A DNA stretch of 64,000 bases, taken from the NCBI GenBank assembly GCA_963839235.1, contig CAWITX010000002.1, positions 118,255-182,254 on the forward strand, in the 5' to 3' direction. Under the pieces are notes generated by a model that was given only the letters and a program-made list of their open reading frames with translations, did not search any database and was not told where the DNA came from. This document shows positions 19,523 through 27,980 of this stretch, one piece after another. The DNA is from an uncultured Flavobacteriaceae bacterium (GTDB lineage: Bacteria > Bacteroidota > Bacteroidia > Flavobacteriales > Flavobacteriaceae). Numbering within the stretch: the stretch's first letter is position 1; every line of letters starts with the position of its first letter. Both the position numbers and the translations under genes were made by a program.

Positions 19523-20671
19523 TTAATTACCAATACCCAATAACTGGTTGGCGCCATTAAGCCCCCACTGAATTCCGAAAAGCGCGATTAGGTCGTCCTG
19601 CTTTTCAAAATTATTTCCAAAACTTCCTGTAAGATATACGTTTTCCAGCACTTGATATTTTATGTTGCCGGCAGAACGGTAACTTGAAAGGTCCCCGCTT
19701 CTGTTTATGTATTCATAACCCACGGTTAATTTATTGAATTCCAATTCTCCTTTTACACCCATATCAAAGGCATTATAATCTGAAGTCGTGCTAAAAGTTA
19801 TCGGCTGTTCTTCTCTTAAATAACGAACGAATCCATATAAAATAAAATAATCAAAGTTTTCCCGATTTAGAAAAAAAGAAGCTGAAACGGTACTCCAAAC
19901 TCCCAATCTTCCGAAGCCATTATTATTGAATTGATCCTGTTCAAAACGATGATTGTAGGCCATCGCAAGGTCGACAGCCAAAGCTGGTTTTCGATTTATA
20001 ATATCCTGCATTTGTTGGGTGTAACCCTGTTTTTCAGAAATTTCAACTATCGCATTCCGAAGATATTTCGCCATCTCATTATTATATAACTCCCATTTTC
20101 TGCTGCAGCGCGGATCGGTGCCATCATTCTCGCAATCGGGCTCGGGATGTTCCTGTTGGTATAAATCCTGCAAATCGAGAATTTCTATATTTAAATCCTC
20201 AATTTTTCCATAAGTATCCAAATAATCTTCAATATCATTTCGCCTTTTCAATTCAAAAACGGTGGCGCGAGCGCCCAAGGAAATGTTCACAATGGAATCC
20301 GGTGCTTTTACATACGCCACTGAAAAAGAAGCCAATTTCAATTTTGAAAAGGGATATTGCTTTTTATTTTGGTCAATTCCATAATAGGACAGTGCCGATC
20401 TCGTTACGCTTCCCTTTAGCCAAAACGGGGTGATTTCCACCGCAATATTGTCTAAAATTCCATCGGTAGCAATATCCTGCAAAATACTAATTCCCAAAGC
20501 ACGTGAGGAATTGGGCCGTTGGATGGTGGAAGGGGCAGCATCCAGTAAAACAAAGGCCGGAGCGTTAGGGATTTCCAGATTTATTGCTTCAAAATTTATA
20601 ATGGTATTATCTGTTTGTGAAACCGCAAAACCATAAAATAGAAGCAGCGAAATAACGATAACCCTTTTCAT
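19523..20671 (-). CDS. hypothetical secreted protein, probable outer-membrane beta-barrel
   Basis: Signal peptide MKRVIVISLLLFYGFAVSQ. The C-terminal half has alternating amphipathic beta-strand-like segments and aromatic-rich strands (LFGIQWGL near the C-terminus). 4-nt overlap with the upstream ORF. Confidence 0.6.
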   Translation of the reverse strand: MKRVIVISLLLFYGFAVSQTDNTIINFEAINLEIPNAPAFVLLDAAPSTIQRPNSSRALGISILQDIATDGILDNIAVEITPFWLKGSVTRSALSYYGIDQNKKQYPFSKLKLASFSVAYVKAPDSIVNISLGARATVFELKRRNDIEDYLDTYGKIEDLNIEILDLQDLYQQEHPEPDCENDGTDPRCSRKWELYNNEMAKYLRNAIVEISEKQGYTQQMQDIINRKPALAVDLAMAYNHRFEQDQFNNNGFGRLGVWSTVSASFFLNRENFDYFILYGFVRYLREEQPITFSTTSDYNAFDMGVKGELEFNKLTVGYEYINRSGDLSSYRSAGNIKYQVLENVYLTGSFGNNFEKQDDLIALFGIQWGLNGANQLLGIGN

Positions 20672-21060
20672 ACAAAGCTTATTTTTTTGGTCACCATTAC
20701 TTTGCTGTCATCTATTATTAGCACTTCCCCAGCAAAATTTTGGTATTTCTTCTCGCCTGCCGGGCCACCGTCCAAACTATAAACAATAAAAATGGTATCA
20801 ATTGCTTTTTGTCTGAGCTCGGGAGGGAGGTTTACAAAATTTATCGTGGTACGCACCCGCAATGTTTTGTCCGTCAAATTTTTATTGATATCCACTTTTG
20901 TGCTCGGGATATTTCCGCCGCTACCTTTTTCCGAATCAAAAAGTTTGGTGTAGCTACCTTCAAATTTTAAATCGACGCGGGAAGTGGCAATGCCCACTAC
21001 CCCAGCCTGCACCTGTATTTTTACTTGTCGCAGGCTGTCATCTGTTGTATAATTTTCCAT
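20668..21060 (-). CDS. hypothetical 130-aa protein, no signal peptide
   Basis: Clean ORF translationally coupled to 19523..20671 by a 4-nt overlap. Beta-rich composition. No recognisable family. Confidence 0.55.
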   Translation of the reverse strand: MENYTTDDSLRQVKIQVQAGVVGIATSRVDLKFEGSYTKLFDSEKGSGGNIPSTKVDINKNLTDKTLRVRTTINFVNLPPELRQKAIDTIFIVYSLDGGPAGEKKYQNFAGEVLIIDDSKVMVTKKISFV

Positions 21061-21222
21061 TTTTGAAATTGGTTAGTTGCAGGTGAGGCTTGCGTTGTTA
21101 GATATCCTAAATATAGGAAGATGGACCAACATTTCAAATATAAAAACCTAAATATCAAATTTTTACATAAACTTATTTAAGATTTCAACATTTTAGTAAT
21201 CGTCGATTTCAAAAATATTAGA

Positions 21223-21258
21223 GCAAAAAAAACCTGCAAGATTTAAATCTCGCAGGTT
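21223..21258 (-). terminator. rho-independent terminator after the small ORF 21281..21469
   Basis: 12-bp stem aacctgcaagat / atctcgcaggtt with one G-U position, followed on the minus strand by an 8-nt T run. Confidence 0.7.
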
Positions 21259-21280
21259 AATATAAATTTTCGGCAACTAA

Positions 21281-21469
21281 TTAGGCCGAATCGCGCGGTT
21301 GATGTTTTTCCTGTCTCTGGTCCAATTGCGGATTCACTTCTTTGCCGTCGGTGGCTTTTTTGTTTATAGCCTGTTCTTTTTTGCTCTGCTTTTCCTGTTC
21401 CAAATTTTCTTTCTTATTGTCCATAACATATTTTTTTTGAGTGAATTTATAAGATACATAAGTTTCCAT
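21281..21469 (-). CDS. small Lys/Glu/Gln-rich hypothetical protein
   Basis: 62-aa ORF, with a likely internal start at MDNKKEN. It has its own strong terminator. Low-complexity composition, so coding status is uncertain. Confidence 0.35.
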   Translation of the reverse strand: METYVSYKFTQKKYVMDNKKENLEQEKQSKKEQAINKKATDGKEVNPQLDQRQEKHQPRDSA

Positions 21470-21501
21470 TGGACTTCAAAAATTTAAAATGGAATTAACA
21501 T

Positions 21502-22023
21502 CTACCTTTTCACTTCCTTCAGCAGCCAACTTTCCAGATTTACCTCGCTATCCTTACTGTGAAGTACCGAAATATCGCCTGTACATTCAAAAACTACGGC
21601 ACGCACTTGCGAGAGTTCCAAAACGTTTGCCTCGCGAAGTTTTGAGCGCAGATCCGATTCTGTGACTCTCGCTTTCTTGAGATTTTTATGTAGAATTTCC
21701 TCACCATCCATAAGAAGCATTGGTTGATTGTCTACTATTTTTTGAATTATCGCGAATCTCCTCATGGCGGCAACCGCAATTTGAAGTACATAAACTGCCC
21801 CCATTCCCACAATACCTTGTAGCAAACTGGTGGATTTTGATAGCACGGTAGTGGCAATAATTGAGCCTATGGCCACGGTCATGGCAAAATCAAAACTGCT
21901 CATTTTTGAAAAGCTGCGCTTGCCTGCCAACCTCGTATAAAGTATGGTGGCACAATAAATTCCCGTCGCTGATAGTGCAATTGCAATTAATGATGTTGTG
22001 GATGCTTCAAACCATTTTTCCAT
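21502..22023 (-). CDS. DUF421 (YetF-like) membrane protein
   Basis: 173 aa. Three N-terminal TM helices are followed by a soluble C-terminal domain (MLLMDGEEILHKNLKKARVTESDLRSKLRE) typical of DUF421. Confidence 0.7.
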   Translation of the reverse strand: MEKWFEASTTSLIAIALSATGIYCATILYTRLAGKRSFSKMSSFDFAMTVAIGSIIATTVLSKSTSLLQGIVGMGAVYVLQIAVAAMRRFAIIQKIVDNQPMLLMDGEEILHKNLKKARVTESDLRSKLREANVLELSQVRAVVFECTGDISVLHSKDSEVNLESWLLKEVKR

Positions 22024-22227
22024 TTTTTTTCTATTTAAAATTTATCTTTTGAATTGTTATTAAATGAATTCCCATTTTAGTTTCGATACCGCAACCCTAC
22101 AAAGATTATCGGCCACGCAAGCAATTAAAGAAGCACTAAAATAAGTTAAACCAATCTTAATTGGGAATTTTCTAAGAATTTTAATCTCTGTTGAAATGTA
22201 TCTTTAAACAACAAAAAAATTAAAACT

Positions 22228-22710
22228 ATGAAAACGACACACGAAAAAGCAAAAGAGCATAACCACGAAGAAATAGTGGATAACCTACAAGCTCTTTTGG
22301 AAAAAAATTATGATGCCCAAAAAGGTTTTACCAAAGCAATGGAAGATGCGGAAAATCCCAGATTAAAAGGGTTTTTGAAAAAGCAGGCAGCACAGCGAAG
22401 CCGTTTTGCCAATGAACTTACCCAAGAATTGCGTTCATTAAATGAAGAGCCAAAAGAAAGTGGAAGCACAACCGGCACTCTTCACCGCGCATGGATCGAC
22501 GTTAAAACAGCCTTTACCGGTAATGATGATGAAGCCGTACTTGAGGAATGCATTCGCGGAGAAAAGGCAAGTGCCGATGAATATGAGGATAAATTAAAAA
22601 ATCAGAATTTTCCGCCACAAATTTCGAATGTACTGCGCAAACAGTCTGATGAAATACATAATACCCTCTCAAGGGTAAAAAGATTGGAAGACCTTGCCGA
22701 TAGTGAATAA
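22228..22710 (+). CDS. PA2169/DUF2383 family four-helix-bundle (ferritin-like) protein
   Basis: LLEKNYDAQKGFTKAMEDAENPRLKGFLKKQAAQRSRFANEL and ECIRGEKASADEYE match the DUF2383 pattern. Confidence 0.7.
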   Translation: MKTTHEKAKEHNHEEIVDNLQALLEKNYDAQKGFTKAMEDAENPRLKGFLKKQAAQRSRFANELTQELRSLNEEPKESGSTTGTLHRAWIDVKTAFTGNDDEAVLEECIRGEKASADEYEDKLKNQNFPPQISNVLRKQSDEIHNTLSRVKRLEDLADSE

Positions 22711-22740
22711 GATATATTAATGAAAAAGAAAAATGGCAAG

Positions 22741-22778
22741 AAAAAGCCCTGCTACTTAATTGTATGCAGGGCTTTCAG
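22741..22778. terminator. bidirectional terminator between convergent genes
   Basis: 10-bp perfect stem aaagccctgc / gcagggcttt, flanked by an A run on one side and a T run on the other. Confidence 0.65.
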
Positions 22779-22800
22779 TTTAACAACCAATCATTAAACA

Positions 22801-23805
22801 CTAGTTTTTAATAAATTTCTTATTTACCACTATTTTGTTTCCGTCCAAGATTGAAACATTATACACACCTTCCGATAAAGTACTCACATCAATTGCATTG
22901 TCGCTATTTATTTTTGAATTTGAAAGTTGACGCCCCAACATATCCGAAATTATCACCGAATATTGGTTTAAGTCCAATCCGGATGCTACAACATTTAATT
23001 TATCCGAAGTTGGATTTGGATAAACCGAAAAAGCGGAAGATTCAAATTCGGAAACATTTAAGGGAGCAGATGGCAATTCAAGTAAATTTCCACCTAACGG
23101 GCTGGCCACGTAAAGTCCGAAATTGGGACCATTGGAGTTTTGGCTAGGATCCAAAAATCCGGAAGCTAGAACGGTAAGCGCTGCACCCTGCAGACCTAAA
23201 GTTGCCAATGGGGCCTGATAGGCCGCAACTCCAACTGTTCCACTTGCATCACGCACTTCAATTACATAATCCGCGGTGGGCAATTCCAAATAACCTTGAA
23301 ATTCGGAATATGAAATATCGTTAACTATTGTTCCGGCCCCTACCCCGGTTTCAACAACATCTACCGTAGGAGCATCTGTTGAGCCGTGATGTACCAAAAC
23401 ATCCACATTATTTGAATTTGAAGCCATTTCTCGAGCCATCGGGAAAACCTGCAAAGTTAATGCTGGAGCAGGGCTATATCCTGTTGCACTCACAATTCCA
23501 TCGGCGACAACAATATATTTTTCATCGGCTGCGAGTGTAACGGGCACCGTCAATAGTGCGTCGCCCACGCTTGAACTATTTCCTGGAGCTACAGATATTT
23601 CAATCTGGACTTCTGCTGGAAGATCGATAAATGGTGTTGCCGTTCTAAAGGCAAAGTTATCCAAGGCTAAATCAGCGTTTATATAAACGTCAACGGTTGC
23701 TGCAGCCGCGTCGGCTGAGTTGTGTATCACTTGTACACGAGCAGTTTGTGCAATAGAGCTTATTGTAAATAAAGCCATTGCGAGAATCGGTAATACTTTT
23801 TTCAT
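22801..23805 (-). CDS. DUF4397-like secreted protein with a T9SS C-terminal sorting domain
   Basis: Signal peptide, then ARVQVIHNSADAAAATVDVY repeats typical of DUF4397. The C-terminus VYPNPTSDKLNV...GVYNVSILDGNKIVVNKKFIK is a type A T9SS CTD. Confidence 0.75.
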   Translation of the reverse strand: MKKVLPILAMALFTISSIAQTARVQVIHNSADAAAATVDVYINADLALDNFAFRTATPFIDLPAEVQIEISVAPGNSSSVGDALLTVPVTLAADEKYIVVADGIVSATGYSPAPALTLQVFPMAREMASNSNNVDVLVHHGSTDAPTVDVVETGVGAGTIVNDISYSEFQGYLELPTADYVIEVRDASGTVGVAAYQAPLATLGLQGAALTVLASGFLDPSQNSNGPNFGLYVASPLGGNLLELPSAPLNVSEFESSAFSVYPNPTSDKLNVVASGLDLNQYSVIISDMLGRQLSNSKINSDNAIDVSTLSEGVYNVSILDGNKIVVNKKFIKN

Positions 23806-23953
23806 AATATTGAGTTTTAAGTTCGGGAATAAAACTACGAAACAAAATATTTTGTTTAATCTTTTTTCGTAAAAGTTTAACAGAATTATTTTAATAACTA
23901 TAAATCAATCATTTATAAAAAGTAAAAATTCCAAAAAAATACATTTTAGGCAT

Positions 23954-23980
23954 AAAAAAAGACTTCAATATTGAAGTCTT
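23954..23980 (-). terminator. rho-independent terminator after the MBL-rhodanese gene
   Basis: Perfect palindrome aagacttcaa-ta-ttgaagtctt, followed by a T run on the minus strand. Confidence 0.65.
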
Positions 23981-24003
23981 CCCTAATGTATGTTGAAGGT
24001 ATA

Positions 24004-25386
24004 TTAAACTATGGCAATACCGGCATTTTTTATATCTGCAAAACCACCTGCTACATCCACCACATTATGAATTCCTCTACTTTTTAAAATAGAAGCGGCA
24101 ATAACGGAACGATAGCCTCCCGCGCAATGTACATAAAACGTTTTATCTTTGGGAAATTCACTTAAATGATCATTTAAAAATCCCAACGGCACAAGGTTCG
24201 CATCCGGAATATGGGCTATTTCATATTCTGTATCGTTGCGCACATCATAAACGGGGATTTCTCTTTTTAATTCCTCTTTAAATTCATCAGCGGAAATTGA
24301 GCTAAGCTCACCAACTTCCTTTCCAGCTTTTTTCCACTCATCGATTCCTCCCTTTAAATATCCCAGCGTTTTATCAAAACCTACACGGGAGAGCCTTGTA
24401 ACGGCTTCTTCCTGTCTTCCTTCGGGCGCTACCAATAATAATTTCTGGTCCACATTGGCAACCAACGCACCCACCCAGGGTGCAAAATCGCCGTCCAACC
24501 CAATAAAAATGGAATTCGGGATATGTCCTTTTACAAATTCACTTTGATTGCGAACATCCAACACCAGCGCATCTGTTTCATTGGCTATTTTTTCGAAGGT
24601 TTCGGGATCTAACCTTTGGGTGCCTGTTTTAAGCACCTCATCAATTGAGGTATATCCCTCTCTATTCATTTTTACATTCAACGGAAAATACAATGGCGGA
24701 GGCAACAGCCCATCGGTTACTTCTTTTATAAATTCTTCCCGCGTCATATCTGCACGCAGTGCATAGTTTATTTTTTTCTGGTTTCCCAAGGAATCCACCG
24801 TCTCCTTCATCATCTTTTTTCCGCAGGCGGAACCCGCGCCGTGAGCTGGATAGACGATTACATCATCTGCCAAAGGCATAATTTTATTTCTTAGACTGTC
24901 AAAAAGAATTCCCGCGAGTTCTTCCTTTGTAATTCCCGCTCCTTTTTGCGCCAAATCGGGACGGCCTACATCACCTAAAAAAAGTGTATCACCGCTGAAA
25001 ATGGCATAATCCTTTCCCGCGTCATCCCTTAATAGATAGGTAGTGCTTTCCATTGTATGGCCCGGAGTGTGAAGCGCAAGAATGGTTACATTTCCTATTT
25101 TGAATTCTTGTCCATCTTCAGCGATAATTGCTTCAAAATTTGGGTCTGCATTTGGTCCGTAAACAATAGAAGCTCCGGTTTTATCGGATAGTGTTATATG
25201 TCCGCTAACAAAATCGGCGTGGAAATGGGTTTCAAAAATATACTTTATTTTGGCCCCATCATTTTTGGCTCTATCCAAATAAGGTTTGGTTTCGCGCAAC
25301 GGATCAATAATTGCCGCTTCGCCTTTACTTTCAATATAATAGGCACCCTGGGACAAACATCCAGTATAAATTTGTTCAACTTTCAT
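24004..25386 (-). CDS. metallo-beta-lactamase fold hydrolase fused to two rhodanese domains (persulfide dioxygenase-sulfurtransferase type)
   Basis: HFHADF zinc motif in the N-terminal MBL domain. Two C-terminal rhodanese modules, the last carrying the active-site loop HCAGGYRS. Confidence 0.85.
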   Translation of the reverse strand: MKVEQIYTGCLSQGAYYIESKGEAAIIDPLRETKPYLDRAKNDGAKIKYIFETHFHADFVSGHITLSDKTGASIVYGPNADPNFEAIIAEDGQEFKIGNVTILALHTPGHTMESTTYLLRDDAGKDYAIFSGDTLFLGDVGRPDLAQKGAGITKEELAGILFDSLRNKIMPLADDVIVYPAHGAGSACGKKMMKETVDSLGNQKKINYALRADMTREEFIKEVTDGLLPPPLYFPLNVKMNREGYTSIDEVLKTGTQRLDPETFEKIANETDALVLDVRNQSEFVKGHIPNSIFIGLDGDFAPWVGALVANVDQKLLLVAPEGRQEEAVTRLSRVGFDKTLGYLKGGIDEWKKAGKEVGELSSISADEFKEELKREIPVYDVRNDTEYEIAHIPDANLVPLGFLNDHLSEFPKDKTFYVHCAGGYRSVIAASILKSRGIHNVVDVAGGFADIKNAGIAIV

Positions 25387-25494
25387 GGCTCGATATTTTC
25401 GGTAAATATACGGAATGTAACAAGTATCTCTTTCCTAAGACCAATTCAATAAAACTTTTATTTTATCTTTATCGACCACCTAAAAAAAATAACT

Positions 25495-25827
25495 ATGAAA
25501 CCTTTAGCTTATATTCTATTTGCTTTTTTAATCATTTCCTGCAATACGGAAAAAAATCAGGAAAACACTGTTCGTGACCTTGCGAAAAAAGACATATTGG
25601 AAAAATTGCAGCTTTCGGAAGGCACCAAATTTAATGATGAAAACATTGAAGTAAAGGAAGAAAGTTTTAAGGGAGAAGGGATTGAAACGGAATATGTGGT
25701 GAAAATTACTGTAAAATCGCAGGACAAAGAAGGCAATGAAGTGGTAAAGACCCATACAATGCATTATAAAAAAATAAAGGATGGGGGTCTCGCCCCCGAA
25801 GATTACGAACTTACCTCTTTTGAATAA
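25495..25827 (+). CDS. hypothetical lipoprotein
   Basis: 110 aa with a lipobox (LIISC) after a signal peptide. Confidence 0.55.
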   Translation: MKPLAYILFAFLIISCNTEKNQENTVRDLAKKDILEKLQLSEGTKFNDENIEVKEESFKGEGIETEYVVKITVKSQDKEGNEVVKTHTMHYKKIKDGGLAPEDYELTSFE

Positions 25828-25838
25828 TAAGAATACCT

Positions 25839-26858
25839 ATGAAACTACTGCTTTATCTATTTCTCGGCACTACCCTTTTTTCGTGCAATTCCACACAAAC
25901 CGCCTCTGCACAGAAACAAACCAATGTTGACTATGCCAATACAATAACCGCCCAAGATCTTAAAAAACACCTATATATTTATGCCGGCGACGCCATGGAG
26001 GGAAGAATGACGGGCACCAAAGGACAGCACATGGCGGCGGAATATCTACGGAATTTCTATATGGACGAAGGCATTAAATCGCCCATTGAAGAGAATAATT
26101 ATTTCCAAAACATTCCAAAAAGTTTTTTTAGCGGAAGGCCAGATCCGCAGCCTTCTGAAAATGTGGTTGCCTATATAAAAGGTTCCGAAAAACCCGATGA
26201 GGTCGTTATTATTTCGGCACATTTAGATCATGTGGGCATCGATAAAAACGGCGTTGTTTATAACGGTGCAGACGACGATGGAAGTGGCACTGTTTCAATC
26301 CTCGAAATTGCACAGGCATTTCAACAAGCGGTGAAGGATGGCAATGGACCTAAACGCTCCATTTTATTTCTTCACGTTACCGGCGAGGAAATAGGTCTTT
26401 TCGGTTCAAGATATTATACACAAAATCCTATTTTTCCTTTGGAAAACACGGTCTGTGATTTAAATATTGATATGATAGGAAGGGTTGATCCAGATAAAAA
26501 AGACAATCCAAATTACCTTTATTTAATAGGAAGCAATAAACTTAGCCAGGAATTGCAGGATGTTTCAACAATGGTTAACGATAAATATTCAAATTTGGAA
26601 TTGGATTATAAATATGACGACCCGAACGATCCAAATCGATTTTATTACCGAAGCGACCATTATAATTTCGCAAAAAACAATGTGCCTATTATTTTCTATT
26701 TCAACGGAGTACACGAAGATTATCACAAAGTTACCGACACTCCAGATAAAATTGAATATGAGCTGATGGCTAAAAGAGCAAAGCTGATTTTTTTAACAGC
26801 GTGGGAAATTGCCAATCGCGATAAGCGGATTTCTTTGAATAAAAAAGATGAAAATTAG
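25839..26858 (+). CDS. M28 family zinc aminopeptidase
   Basis: Metal-ligand motifs SAHLDHVG, GADDDGSG, TGEEIGLFGS and SDHYNF. Confidence 0.9.
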   Translation: MKLLLYLFLGTTLFSCNSTQTASAQKQTNVDYANTITAQDLKKHLYIYAGDAMEGRMTGTKGQHMAAEYLRNFYMDEGIKSPIEENNYFQNIPKSFFSGRPDPQPSENVVAYIKGSEKPDEVVIISAHLDHVGIDKNGVVYNGADDDGSGTVSILEIAQAFQQAVKDGNGPKRSILFLHVTGEEIGLFGSRYYTQNPIFPLENTVCDLNIDMIGRVDPDKKDNPNYLYLIGSNKLSQELQDVSTMVNDKYSNLELDYKYDDPNDPNRFYYRSDHYNFAKNNVPIIFYFNGVHEDYHKVTDTPDKIEYELMAKRAKLIFLTAWEIANRDKRISLNKKDEN

Positions 26859-26940
26859 ATGTTTTGAAATAAAAACTATTAAAACCACGAAGGTTGAAAA
26901 CACGACTGTTTAAACCACAACTTAATTTTGAATTTTCAAT

Positions 26941-26975
26941 AAAAAAAGCTTCCTAGAAATAGGAAGCTTTTTTTT
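26941..26975. terminator. bidirectional terminator (M28 peptidase / tRNA-His)
   Basis: aaaaaaagcttcct-agaaat-aggaagctttttttt, a perfect stem flanked by A and T runs. Confidence 0.75.
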
Positions 26976-26976
26976 G

Positions 26977-27051
26977 GGTGGAAGACCGGGTTCGAACCGG
27001 CGACCTCTTGAACCACAATCAAGCGCTCTAACCAACTGAGCTACAACCACC
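26977..27051 (-). tRNA. tRNA-His (anticodon GTG), CCA not encoded
   Basis: The reverse complement folds as a cloverleaf: G(-1)GTGGTTG-TA-GCTC-AGTTGGTTA-GAGC-G-CTTGA-TTGTGGT-TCAAG-AGGTC-GCCGG-TTCGAAC-CCGGT-CTTCCAC-C. The extra 5' G pairing with C73 is diagnostic for His. The acceptor stem has two T-T mismatches (5:68 and 6:67). Confidence 0.85.
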
Positions 27052-27180
27052 ATTTTATACTTTTAGCGCTCTAACCATCCCGATAGCTATCGGGAGAGCT
27101 ACAACCACCATTTTATACTTTTAGCGCTCTAACCATCCTGATAGCTATCGGGAGAGCTACAACCACCATTATATTTGTAT
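27052..27180 (-). repeat. two tandem truncated pseudo-copies of the tRNA-His leader plus 5' 30 nt, each with an 18-nt palindrome in the D-loop
   Basis: The units 27065..27122 and 27123..27180 (period 58) repeat the 13-nt leader plus tRNA nucleotides -1 to about 30. In both, the D-loop AGT is replaced by tcccgatagctatcggga; the second copy reads tcctgatagctatcggga. Confidence 0.85.
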
Positions 27181-27253
27181 GGCAATTCGCTTTAAAAGCG
27201 GATGCAAATATAAATCAATATTTACGGTTGCACAATACTATTTTATAAGAATT

Positions 27254-27970
27254 TTAAATCAGGTCAAACAATGAATCTACCGCTGGATATCGTTCCACTG
27301 TAAATCCCTCGCCATATTCGGTACCAATTAATCTCCCCAAGTCCTTGGCTCTGTAAGTAAGGCTTTCCTTAAAGTTTTGCGATGCTATCGGCGTCATTGG
27401 TTCCTTTGAAGTAGCGTCGTGGAATTGACTTTTATAAGCAAAAACCGACTCAAGCTTTTTATCCAAAAATCCGGAAACATCTACCACAAAATCGGGCTCA
27501 ATATTTTTCCATTGAATATAATGGTACACCTGTTTTGGCCTCCAAGGGTTTTGGTGGTTACCATCCAAAATAGTCTCTATTTTTCTAAGGCCGCTCAAAA
27601 AACATGCATCGGCCGCCATTTTACTCGCTTTTCCGTGATCGATATGTCTGTCATCAATGGCATTGCAGAGTACAATTTCGGGTTGGTATTTTCGAAGTAT
27701 TTTTATTATTTCCAATTGTGAAGCGGCGTTGTTCACCAAGAATCCATCTGAAAATTCCAGGTTGTGACGAAATTTAACTCCCAAAATTTTGGCTGCAGAC
27801 GCCGCTTCCTTTTCCCTAATTTCCGCAGTACCGCGCGTTCCCAATTCTCCCCGCGTCAAATCGAGAATCCCTACTTTTTTACCTTTACTTATTTCCTTCG
27901 CCAAAGTTGCTCCACAACTAAGTTCCACATCATCGGGATGGGCGCCAATGGCAAGTATGTCAATTTTCAT
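27254..27970 (-). CDS. bshB1: PIG-L/LmbE family deacetylase, bacillithiol biosynthesis BshB1-like
   Basis: MKIDILAIGAHPDDVELSCGATLAK...LDLTRGELGTRG is the BshB1/LmbE signature. The start is taken at the internal ATG 27970 to avoid overlap with the upstream gene; the track ORF extends to 28012. Confidence 0.75.
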   Translation of the reverse strand: MKIDILAIGAHPDDVELSCGATLAKEISKGKKVGILDLTRGELGTRGTAEIREKEAASAAKILGVKFRHNLEFSDGFLVNNAASQLEIIKILRKYQPEIVLCNAIDDRHIDHGKASKMAADACFLSGLRKIETILDGNHQNPWRPKQVYHYIQWKNIEPDFVVDVSGFLDKKLESVFAYKSQFHDATSKEPMTPIASQNFKESLTYRAKDLGRLIGTEYGEGFTVERYPAVDSLFDLI

Positions 27971-27980
27971 ATTTTGTAAT

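Noticed and set aside
27022-27180. Regularly spaced 58-nt repeats that superficially resemble a mini CRISPR array.
   Set aside because: The repeat units are contiguous with no unique spacers. They are derived from the adjacent tRNA-His gene, and no cas genes occur in the window.
26859-27253. tRNA-His as an integration site of a genomic island.
   Set aside because: There is no integrase, no duplicated tRNA 3' end and no accessory-looking cargo on either side. The M28 peptidase, bshB1 and trans-sulfuration genes are ordinary chromosomal genes. Only the chimeric acceptor stem hints at past recombination.
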